Assembly: GCF_000355675.1 (NCBI RefSeq)
Contig: NC_020888.1
Span: forward strand, 1,730,883-1,754,882
Length of the DNA stretch: 24,000 nt
Reading direction: 5' to 3'
DNA from: Thalassolituus oleivorans MIL-1
Lineage (GTDB): Bacteria > Pseudomonadota > Gammaproteobacteria > Pseudomonadales > Oceanobacteraceae
Positions 1 through 7,385 of this stretch are shown piece by piece. The position numbers and the translations under genes were made by a program. Under the pieces are notes generated by a model. That model did not search any database. It saw only the letters and a program-made list of their open reading frames with translations, and was not told the DNA's origin. The stretch's first letter is position 1; every line of letters begins with the position of its first letter.

Positions 1-1
1 T

Positions 2-2599
2 CGAACCAATTTAGCGTCTGTTATTTTACAAATGCTGGATTTGCGTTTAGGCGATATTCGCGATTTCCCCTTTGTTGATGCACCTGATGAGCGCTTTGTA
101 AAAGACGGTTTTACTTTGTTGGCGGAGCTGGAAGCGGTTGATGCGAAAAAGCGTATCACGCCTCTCGGTCAACGAATGGCTCGCTTGCCATTAGACCCCC
201 GTATTGCACGTTTATTAATGGAAGCCGATAAGCAGCAGTGCGTGCGCGAACTAACAATTATTGCTTCGGCTATGACGGTACAAGATCCGCGCGAGCGTCC
301 ACCAGAGAAGCAACAAGCAGCAGCTGAAAAACATAAACTCTGGGCGGATGACGACTCAGATTTTGTTGCCATGATTAATTTATGGAATGCCTACGAAGTT
401 GAACGTCAAGCATTGACTCAAAATCAATTGCGTAAATGGTGTACTAAGCATTTTCTATCATTTATGCGCATGCGTGAGTGGCGTGATATTCACCGCCAGT
501 TACATATTGTATGCAAGGAATTAGGTCTTAAAGAGCGAGACGAAAGCGCTAATTACGAAGCCGTACATAAAGCGCTATTGTCTGGCATGTTAAGTCAGAT
601 CGGTTTCAAGGCTGAGGGGCAAGAATATTTAGGCGCACGAAATCGTCGTTTCTTTTTATTCCCAGGTTCCAGTATTTATAAGAAGGCTCCTAAATGGGTA
701 ATGGCAGCAGAGATGGTTGAGACCTCTCGGCTCTATGCTCGAACGTTAGCCAAAATCGAACCTGAGTGGATCGAAGAGATAGGCAAGCCGTTATTAAAAT
801 ATCAATATTTTGAGCCGCACTGGAGTACGCAACGTGGGCAAGTTTTGGCGTTTGAGCAAAGTACGTTATATGGCTTAATAGTTAATCCGAAAAAGCGGGT
901 TAATTACGCGACTACCCATCCTGAAGAAGCGCGTGAAATTTTAATTACAGAAGGTTTAGTTGCTCAGCGATTAAAGAGTCGAGTGGGATTCTATCAAGAT
1001 AATATCCGGCTATTGCGTGATGTGACTGAATATGAAGAAAAAGCTCGCCGGCGAGATTTAGTATTAGATGATGCCTATTTAGCAGATTTTTATCGTGCTC
1101 ATTTACCGACTCATTTGTTTAGCGCTCGCGATATTGAGCGTTGGTATAACAAGGCCTCAAAAGTAGAGCAGAGTTCGGTTCAATTTACTCGAGATATGCT
1201 GTTAAGTCCGCAGGCATCGGGTATTGGTGTTGATGCCTATCCAGCTGAGTTGGAGTGGCAAGGGTTGGCATTTCCATTGTCTTATTCATTTGCACCGGGC
1301 GCCAGTGATGATGGTGTTACGCTAACAGTGCCTTTGGCGATGTTACGGCAAGTGCCTGAATCTCGTATTGAATGGCTCGTCCCCGGACTTGTCGCCAATA
1401 AAGTGATAGCCATCATTAAAGGCCTGCCGAAGAACATTCGTAAGCAATTTGTCCCTGTGCCAGACACTGCGACTGAGTTTCTCCGGCAAGCAAATCCTGA
1501 TGCTGGCGGATTGTTTGTGCAATTACTTGAGTTTATTAATCGAACTTTAAGACCAAAAATTGAACTGGATGTTCTGCAAAACGGTCAGTTAGAAGCACAC
1601 CTTCAAATGAACATTCGCATTGTGCAAGATGGAAAACAAGTAGAGCAGGGGCGCGATCTACGTGCCTTGATTGAGCGATTTGGTGACGCAGGCCAGGTTC
1701 AAATGCTCACCTTGAGTGATGACCGATATCAGCGTTCAGATATTCAGAAATGGGATTTCGGTTCATTACCGACGGCGACAGAAACTAAAATCAATGGTTT
1801 ACCTGTTCGTGCTTTCCCTTGCCTAAAAGCAACTAAAAGCGGTGTCGAGCTGACGGTTGAAGCCGACTCGGATGCTGCCTTGCAATCACATCGTGAAGGT
1901 GTATTGCATTTGTTGCGGCAATCCTTGTCCCCTCAAGAACGAGATATTAAACAATTAATTCAAAAGTCAATGAAGCCTCATTGGTTGCTGGCTAAAGGAT
2001 TGGGTAGTGAATCAGAGCTGGTAAATGATTTATTGTCGGCGGTATTTGCTCATATATTGTTACCTCAATCCGAACCGTTGCCGAGAAATGAAGACGAATT
2101 TAATCAACGTTTAGATCGCCGTGGTGAGTTGTGGGCCCACGCAGAAACCTTGATGGGATTGTTTGTGGAGTGGCTAAAAATTCGTCATCAAATACTGAAG
2201 CATATGCGCGGGGCTGTTTCACTAGACAAGGCAATGGCCTTCAGTGATGCAAAAGCACATTTAGAGCGGTTACTGGAGCGGGGCTTCATGCTAAAGGCTG
2301 ATTGGCCTCGATTGAAATCATATAGTCGTTACTTGAAAGGGATAGAGTATCGCTTGGATAAATTGCAGGGTAATTTACCCAGAGATCGCCAATCTATGAT
2401 TGAGTTTGAGTCAATTTATACGCCTTGGCGAGATTTGACTGAAAAGAATGATGCTGCGTTGCGTAGTACATTAGTCGAATTTGGCTGGTTGCTCGAGGAG
2501 TTGCGGATATCGTTATTCGCACAGCCGTTAGGTACTCAGGAGCCAGTTTCTCTTAAGCGCCTGCAAAAACGCTGGGCTGATATAGTGCAGGGTGGATAA
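2..2599 (+). CDS. hrpA: ATP-dependent RNA helicase HrpA, C-terminal part (5' truncated by window edge)
   Basis: The frame is open from base 2 (RTNLASVILQMLDLRLGDIRDFPFVDAPDERFVKDGFTLLAELEAV), so the Met at 32 is internal. It has the helicase-associated domain (LTPLGQRMARLPLDPRIARLLMEA type) followed by the long DUF3418 region ending QEPVSLKRLQKRWADI. Confidence 0.93.
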   Translation, partial: RTNLASVILQMLDLRLGDIRDFPFVDAPDERFVKDGFTLLAELEAVDAKKRITPLGQRMARLPLDPRIARLLMEADKQQCVRELTIIASAMTVQDPRERPPEKQQAAAEKHKLWADDDSDFVAMINLWNAYEVERQALTQNQLRKWCTKHFLSFMRMREWRDIHRQLHIVCKELGLKERDESANYEAVHKALLSGMLSQIGFKAEGQEYLGARNRRFFLFPGSSIYKKAPKWVMAAEMVETSRLYARTLAKIEPEWIEEIGKPLLKYQYFEPHWSTQRGQVLAFEQSTLYGLIVNPKKRVNYATTHPEEAREILITEGLVAQRLKSRVGFYQDNIRLLRDVTEYEEKARRRDLVLDDAYLADFYRAHLPTHLFSARDIERWYNKASKVEQSSVQFTRDMLLSPQASGIGVDAYPAELEWQGLAFPLSYSFAPGASDDGVTLTVPLAMLRQVPESRIEWLVPGLVANKVIAIIKGLPKNIRKQFVPVPDTATEFLRQANPDAGGLFVQLLEFINRTLRPKIELDVLQNGQLEAHLQMNIRIVQDGKQVEQGRDLRALIERFGDAGQVQMLTLSDDRYQRSDIQKWDFGSLPTATETKINGLPVRAFPCLKATKSGVELTVEADSDAALQSHREGVLHLLRQSLSPQERDIKQLIQKSMKPHWLLAKGLGSESELVNDLLSAVFAHILLPQSEPLPRNEDEFNQRLDRRGELWAHAETLMGLFVEWLKIRHQILKHMRGAVSLDKAMAFSDAKAHLERLLERGFMLKADWPRLKSYSRYLKGIEYRLDKLQGNLPRDRQSMIEFESIYTPWRDLTEKNDAALRSTLVEFGWLLEELRISLFAQPLGTQEPVSLKRLQKRWADIVQGG

Positions 2600-2706
2600 G
2601 TCAAATATTTTATAGCGCACGCATCCAATATGTGATTAAAATCGTATCATTGGTTATCGTATGTTAACGATGCAATACTTGACTGCTAACTCACAAGGAA
2701 TAATTT

Positions 2707-3072
2707 ATGAACAAGTCTATCAAATCAGTAAGTGCAATTTTGGGTACCGCTTTTATCGCTGCTATCGCTCAAGCACCTGCGGCCAGTGCTGCTGAGAACC
2801 CATTTGCTTCTGCTGAATTGCAGTCTGGCTACAAACTTGCGGCTCATCATGAAGAAGGTAAGTGTGGCGCCAAGTCTGAAGCTGAAGGCAAGTGTGGTGC
2901 TAAGTCTGAAGGCGAAGGCAAGTGCGGCGAAGGCAAATGTGGCGCGGAAAAGAAAGCTGCACACGAAGGCAAGTGCGGCGCCAAGTCTGAAGGCGAAGGC
3001 AAATGTGGCGCAGAAAAGAAAGCTGCCCATGAAGGTAAGTGTGGCGAAGGTAAGTGCGGCGCTAAGCAGTAA
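2707..3072 (+). CDS. hvfA: Cys-rich low-complexity RiPP precursor, HvfA/bufferin-like, with signal peptide and 8 EGKCG motifs
   Basis: RBS-like AAGGAA upstream; signal peptide MNKSIKSVSAILGTAFIAAIAQAPAASA; eight EGKCG motifs contain all eight Cys residues; followed directly by DUF692 and DUF2063 genes. Confidence 0.85.
   Translation: MNKSIKSVSAILGTAFIAAIAQAPAASAAENPFASAELQSGYKLAAHHEEGKCGAKSEAEGKCGAKSEGEGKCGEGKCGAEKKAAHEGKCGAKSEGEGKCGAEKKAAHEGKCGEGKCGAKQ
2854..3069 (+). repeat. Imperfect in-frame tandem repeats encoding EGKCG-AKSE(G/A) and EGKCG-AEKKAAH modules
   Basis: Recurrent gaaggcaagtg(t/c)ggc units. Cys spacings are 10,10,5,12,10,12,5 residues. Confidence 0.9.
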
Positions 3073-3074
3073 TT

Positions 3075-3947
3075 ATGGATAAGTCTGCGTTTAATCGTCA
3101 TGTTCAAGGTGCTGGGCTTGGGTTGAGAAGGGGGTTAATGGCTCCCTTGTCCGAGCATGAGCATTTGCCGGTTGATTTTATGGAGATTGCTCCAGAAAAT
3201 TGGATTGGGTTGGGTGGACGATTAGCGCATTCGTTAAGAAGTTATACCGAACGGTATGACTTCTTATGCCATGGTTTGTCGCTTTCTATTGGTAGTCCAG
3301 CGCCGTTAGACCTTAATTTTGTTCGTCAGGTAAAACGCTTTTTAGATGAGCATGGTGTTTTGGCTTACAGCGAGCATCTGAGTTACTGCGGTGATGAGGG
3401 GCATCTATACGATTTGCTTCCGATTCCATTTACTGATGACGCCGTAAACTATGTGGCTGATCGTATTAGTCAGGTGCAAGATATTCTTGGCCAGAGATTA
3501 ATTATCGAAAATGTGTCTGCTTATGCTGAGCCCGGTAAGGCGATGGAGGAAGCTGAGTTTGTGGCTGCTGTGCTTAATAAAGCGGACTGTGATTTGCTGT
3601 TGGATGTGAATAATGTTTACGTGAATAGTATTAATCATGGTTCTGATGCATTGGCATTTATCAAGGCGATGCCAACCGAGCGTATTCGATATTTACACGT
3701 TGCGGGGCATTTTGATGAAGCGCCGGATTTACTCATCGATACTCATGGCGATGCGGTAAAGGATATTGTCTGGGATCTATTAAAGCAGACGTATGAAATA
3801 CATGGCGTGTTACCGACCTTGCTTGAACGCGATTTTAACTTTCCTGCCGTTGAAGACTTATTTGCGGAGTTAGAGCAAATTCGCTCTCTGCAACACGATG
3901 TTGAGAATCAAGGGAAGTCTAGAACGAATGTCCTCCATACCGTTTAA
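3075..3947 (+). CDS. hvfB: DUF692 / MNIO-family (multinuclear non-heme iron) peptide-modifying enzyme, HvfB/BufB-like
   Basis: Begins 2 nt after the precursor stop. Motifs: GAGLGLRRGL, DFMEIAPENW, CHGLSLS, AYSEHLSYC, IENVSAY, LLDVNNVYVN, YLHVAGH, LLERDFNFP. Confidence 0.9.
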   Translation: MDKSAFNRHVQGAGLGLRRGLMAPLSEHEHLPVDFMEIAPENWIGLGGRLAHSLRSYTERYDFLCHGLSLSIGSPAPLDLNFVRQVKRFLDEHGVLAYSEHLSYCGDEGHLYDLLPIPFTDDAVNYVADRISQVQDILGQRLIIENVSAYAEPGKAMEEAEFVAAVLNKADCDLLLDVNNVYVNSINHGSDALAFIKAMPTERIRYLHVAGHFDEAPDLLIDTHGDAVKDIVWDLLKQTYEIHGVLPTLLERDFNFPAVEDLFAELEQIRSLQHDVENQGKSRTNVLHTV

Positions 3948-4707
3948 AAGTATTCAGTATCAATTTACGCGGTATATTCGTAGCCGTGGTGAGCAGCCAG
4001 TTGAAACGGAAATAGTTGGCGATATTGAACCGCGTCGGCTGAAAATTTATCGCGATTTATTCTTTAACAATGTCTGTGGATTTCTCGACTCTACCTTTCC
4101 TGTATGCGCAGAAATTCTTGGCGAGCAACGCTGGCGTGAGCTGAGTGAAGAATTTTTCTTAAAGCATGAATGCCACACCCCGTATTTTTTAAAGATCAGT
4201 GAAGAATTCCTACTCTTCTTGGCGCAAGAATATTCGCCGAAAGCTGATGATATACCCTACTTAAAGGAATTGGCTCACTATGAGTGGCTGGAATTGGCCG
4301 TTGATGTGGCTGAGGTAGAGCAGCCTAGGGATTTTGATCCCAATGCCGATTTAAGCAGCCATGTTCCCGTATTAGCTGCGGCGACCGAGGGGGCGTTTTA
4401 TCAATACCCTGTGCACAATGCCTCTGCCGCTAATTCCGCGTTACTGCCACAAGCCACTGCACTGATTGTTTATCGAGACCGACATGATACTGTCCGGTTT
4501 TTACATACGAATCCGTTTACTCTAGGCTTGTTAGTTATACTTCAAGACGAAGAACTAACCGGTCAAGATGCGGTTATTGCCCTGTTGAATCAGGCTGGTA
4601 TGGGATTGTCCGATACGGCTTTGCAGGGCGGTTTACAAATATTAGAACAGTGGCAGGAACAGGGTTTACTATTAGGTGCCAGAATAGATTCAAATAGTGA
4701 CGCTTAA
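3928..4707 (+). CDS. hvfC: DUF2063 putative RiPP partner/recognition protein, HvfC/BufC-like (ORF track starts at 3898; the ATG at 3928 is more likely)
   Basis: N-terminus FQYxFTRYIR..EPRRLKIYRDLFFNNVCGFLDSTFPVCAEILGEQRW is typical of DUF2063. It overlaps the 3' end of the DUF692 gene. A GGGAAG Shine-Dalgarno-like stretch precedes 3928. Confidence 0.85.
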   Translation: MSSIPFKSIQYQFTRYIRSRGEQPVETEIVGDIEPRRLKIYRDLFFNNVCGFLDSTFPVCAEILGEQRWRELSEEFFLKHECHTPYFLKISEEFLLFLAQEYSPKADDIPYLKELAHYEWLELAVDVAEVEQPRDFDPNADLSSHVPVLAAATEGAFYQYPVHNASAANSALLPQATALIVYRDRHDTVRFLHTNPFTLGLLVILQDEELTGQDAVIALLNQAGMGLSDTALQGGLQILEQWQEQGLLLGARIDSNSDA

Positions 4708-4760
4708 TTCGTTTACAATGGAACGCAAATTTTGATTGTCGATCGTGTGGTGAAAAATCA

Positions 4761-5495
4761 ATGAAAGCAAAAAGTGCTTTGTCGGCCCTACCATCGTTAT
4801 TTGCCTTGGCAATTTGCTCGGTGACGGCACAGGTAGTTGCTCTTGAGGAGAATAACGATCCTTGGGAGGGCTTTAATCGCAAGGTCTTTGCTTTTAATGA
4901 TGGTTTGGATCGTTACGTTCTGCGCCCAGTAGCCGTTAGTTATAACTATATTACTCCAGAATTTGTCGATAATTCGGTAACCAGTATGTACTCTAATGCT
5001 GGTGAAGTCTTAGTTGTTGCAAATGATGTTGCCCAGTTCAAATTGACCCAAGCGTTATCCGATACCGCTCGGTTTATTATCAACTCTACGGTCGGTTTTT
5101 TTGGGGTTTTTGATGTGGCAAGTTCTATCGGATTAGAGCGCCATGACGAAGATTTTGGTCAAACCCTTGGTTATTGGGGGGTTGGTTCGGGTCCATATAT
5201 CGTATTGCCGTTCCTTGGTCCTCGTACGGTTCGAGATGTGGCCGGCAACGCAGTCGATTACTCTTCAAATTTGAGCTATGCCTATTTTGGCAATAATTAT
5301 GCTCAGGATGCTGCATTACTGGGGTTGAAAATTGTCGATCTGCGCTCCGATTTAATCGCCTCAGAAGGGCTGATTAGTGGCGATAAGTACATCTTTTTCC
5401 GCAGCGCTTACCTTCAGCGTCGTGAGTATTTAATCAACGATGGGGTGAGTGAGGATGCATTTGATGATGAATTTGATGTCTTTGGTGATGAATAA
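4761..5495 (+). CDS. mlaA: MlaA/VacJ family outer-membrane lipid asymmetry protein
   Basis: NDPWEGFNRKVFAFNDGLDRYVLRPVAVSYNYITP ... FINSTVGFFGVFDVASSIGLERHDEDFGQTLGYWGVGSGPYIVLPFLGPRTVRD. Confidence 0.9.
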   Translation: MKAKSALSALPSLFALAICSVTAQVVALEENNDPWEGFNRKVFAFNDGLDRYVLRPVAVSYNYITPEFVDNSVTSMYSNAGEVLVVANDVAQFKLTQALSDTARFIINSTVGFFGVFDVASSIGLERHDEDFGQTLGYWGVGSGPYIVLPFLGPRTVRDVAGNAVDYSSNLSYAYFGNNYAQDAALLGLKIVDLRSDLIASEGLISGDKYIFFRSAYLQRREYLINDGVSEDAFDDEFDVFGDE

Positions 5496-5520
5496 TCGTT
5501 AGCCGGAGCATTAAGACAAA

Positions 5521-5553
5521 AAAAGCCCGCCTAGTAATACTAGGCGGGCTTTT
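5521..5553. terminator. Bidirectional intrinsic terminator between convergent mlaA-like and DAHP synthase genes
   Basis: AAAAGCCCGCCTAG-TAATA-CTAGGCGGGCTTTT: 14-bp perfect stem with flanking A and T tracts. Confidence 0.93.
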
Positions 5554-5567
5554 ATTTTTCTTGGAGT

Positions 5568-6884
5568 TTATGGCTTGCCGCGAGTTGGCAATACATCTTT
5601 CAATTTAGCGCGCATAGTGCGAATAGCTTCTTCAGTTTCTTCCCAGCTAATACAGCCATCGGTTACTGATAGGCCGTATTCCAAATCACACAGATTGGCG
5701 GGGATATTCTGGCGACCGTGCTTGATGTTTGATTCAACCATTAAGCCAATAATAGATTTGTTGCCATCGAGTATTTGATTACTGACGTTGTCCATTACCA
5801 GTGGCTGCAATGCCGGATTCTTGTTTGAGTTTTCATGGCTGCAATCAACCATGATGTTTTTCATAAGATCCGATTTATCCAGCGCTTGCTCTGCTTGGGC
5901 AACATTCACTGAGTCATAGTTTGGTTTGCCGCCACCGCCGCGCAACACAACGTGACCGTATGGGTTGCCTTTAGTAGAGACAATCGACACGCTGCCAGCC
6001 TGATCAATACCCAGAAAACGATGAGGGTTAGCGACTGACATTAAGGCGTTGGTTGCCACTGTTAAGCTACCGTCAGTGCCGTTTTTGAATCCGACAGCCG
6101 ATGATAATCCAGAAGCCATTTCGCGATGAGTTTGCGATTCGGTAGTACGTGCGCCAATTGCTGACCAAGTAATTAAGTCTTGTAAGTACTGTGGCGAAAT
6201 AGGATCCAGCGCTTCAGTCGATAGAGGCAAGCCGAGTTCAGCTAAATCGATCAATAGCTTGCGCGAAATATGCAGGCCATCATGAATTTTGAACGTATCA
6301 TTCATGTATGGGTCGTTGATTAAACCTTTCCAGCCTACTGTCGTGCGTGGCTTTTCGAAGTAAACACGCATGATCAAGTATAAAGTGTCGCTTACTTCTT
6401 CTGCTAATTCACGCAGACGCATGGCGTAATCTTTTGCCGCTTCAACATCGTGAATTGAACAAGGCCCGATCACAACGAATATGCGGTGGTCTTTGCGATC
6501 AAGGATGTCACGGACGACTTGGCGGCCTTTGCATACACTCGCGATGGCAGCATCCGTAATAGGCATTTCTTTTTTTAGCTGATTTGGAGTAATCAGCGGG
6601 ACGATCGATTCAATATTGAGATCTTCTACGCGATTGTCGGTCATATCGGTTCCTGGCGCTTTTGGGCTGGTGAGGTCTGTATTTTGCTTCGCTGCGGTTG
6701 CTTGGTCCGCATTCGCACGTAATGTTCCGTTGGTTAATGCTTCAATCTGTTTCTGACGGCCAAGTGGAGGCTCATCCCCCCATTGGGATACGGCAGCGCT
6801 GGTTAGCTTCCAGCCGTCATCGGTACACGCTTTTGCGATGGCGCTTTTGGTTTTGAAGTATTGAACGACATCGTTTGTTTTCAT
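5568..6884 (-). CDS. 3-deoxy-7-phosphoheptulonate (DAHP) synthase, type I AroF/G/H, with N-terminal Cro-like HTH extension
   Basis: The core from MTDNRVEDLNIESIVPLITP is canonical (VVIGPCSIHD, RVYFEKPRTTVGWKGLINDP, GARTTESQTHREMASGLS, GFKNGTDG, MVDCSHENSNKNP). Residues 1-57 resemble P22 Cro-type HTH proteins. Paralogue symbol not assignable. Confidence 0.95.
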   Translation of the reverse strand: MKTNDVVQYFKTKSAIAKACTDDGWKLTSAAVSQWGDEPPLGRQKQIEALTNGTLRANADQATAAKQNTDLTSPKAPGTDMTDNRVEDLNIESIVPLITPNQLKKEMPITDAAIASVCKGRQVVRDILDRKDHRIFVVIGPCSIHDVEAAKDYAMRLRELAEEVSDTLYLIMRVYFEKPRTTVGWKGLINDPYMNDTFKIHDGLHISRKLLIDLAELGLPLSTEALDPISPQYLQDLITWSAIGARTTESQTHREMASGLSSAVGFKNGTDGSLTVATNALMSVANPHRFLGIDQAGSVSIVSTKGNPYGHVVLRGGGGKPNYDSVNVAQAEQALDKSDLMKNIMVDCSHENSNKNPALQPLVMDNVSNQILDGNKSIIGLMVESNIKHGRQNIPANLCDLEYGLSVTDGCISWEETEEAIRTMRAKLKDVLPTRGKP

Positions 6885-7030
6885 ACTAAGCTCAGTGATG
6901 ATAAGTAGGCTTACGATTAAAAGACTACTACCAACTTAAACTTAAGTAAATAGGTTTAGCTAGCTTAATATTTAAGCTGGCATCGAGGCTGAATAATGGT
7001 GGAAGTTAAGTTAACAGGGTGTTTCAGGGC

Positions 7031-7059
7031 GGTGAATTGCATCTGTGATGCAATTCACC
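7031..7059. repeat. Perfect inverted repeat, 13-bp arms, 3-nt loop
   Basis: GGTGAATTGCATC-TGT-GATGCAATTCACC. No adjacent T-tract on either strand. Confidence 0.9.
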
Positions 7060-7074
7060 GAGAGCAGTGGGGGG

Positions 7075-7251
7075 TTAGCGAAGCTTGGCTTGAAGCGCTT
7101 TAAACTTGTTTACTTTCTCTTCTTCAAACAGCAGTTTTCCTTTGTCAGGAATGCTATCGAGAAGGCCTTCTTTGGCATAGCGCTTCACTGTTACTGGCTT
7201 TAAGCCAAGAATGTCACAAACTTGCTCTGTGGTTAGTAGATTTTGCGTCAC
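7075..7251 (-). CDS. Small (58 aa) HTH protein, MerR/excisionase-like (HTH_17-type)
   Basis: Not in the ORF track because it starts with GTG. Translation VTQNLLTTEQVCDILGLKPVTVKRYAKEGLLDSIPDKGKLLFEEEKVNKFKALQAKLR*. Strong Shine-Dalgarno GAGGAG 7 nt upstream. Confidence 0.75.
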   Translation of the reverse strand: MTQNLLTTEQVCDILGLKPVTVKRYAKEGLLDSIPDKGKLLFEEEKVNKFKALQAKLR

Positions 7252-7385
7252 GTGTTATCTCCTCTTTTATAAGAGTGTAGTAACGCTTTTGCGGGCATTG
7301 CTCAAAGAGCCGGCATTTGTTGCTGACTAACCTGCCATGGCCAAATCCATTTCCTTTGAGAGCTACACGTTTGATATTTACCTAG

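Noticed and set aside
2600-2706. Specific ECF-sigma or copper-responsive promoter upstream of hvfA
   Set aside because: Bufferin-type operons can be controlled this way, but I could not identify a defensible -35/-10 or operator by eye.
2725-3107. Antisense ORFs 2725..3030 and 2847..3107, and alternate-frame plus ORF 2732..3082
   Set aside because: They are shadows of the low-complexity tandem repeats in hvfA, with no RBS or recognisable domain. The +1 frame ORF only reads the same repeats out of frame.
3898-3927. DUF2063 start at 3898
   Set aside because: The extra MLRIKGSLER has no family similarity. The ATG at 3928 has an SD-like GGGAAG and gives the typical N-terminus.
6642-7251. Prophage remnant suggested by the Cro-like and excisionase-like HTH sequences
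   Set aside because: No integrase, att-like repeats, structural genes or tRNA boundary. The surrounding genes are housekeeping, so the HTH modules are read as chromosomal regulators.
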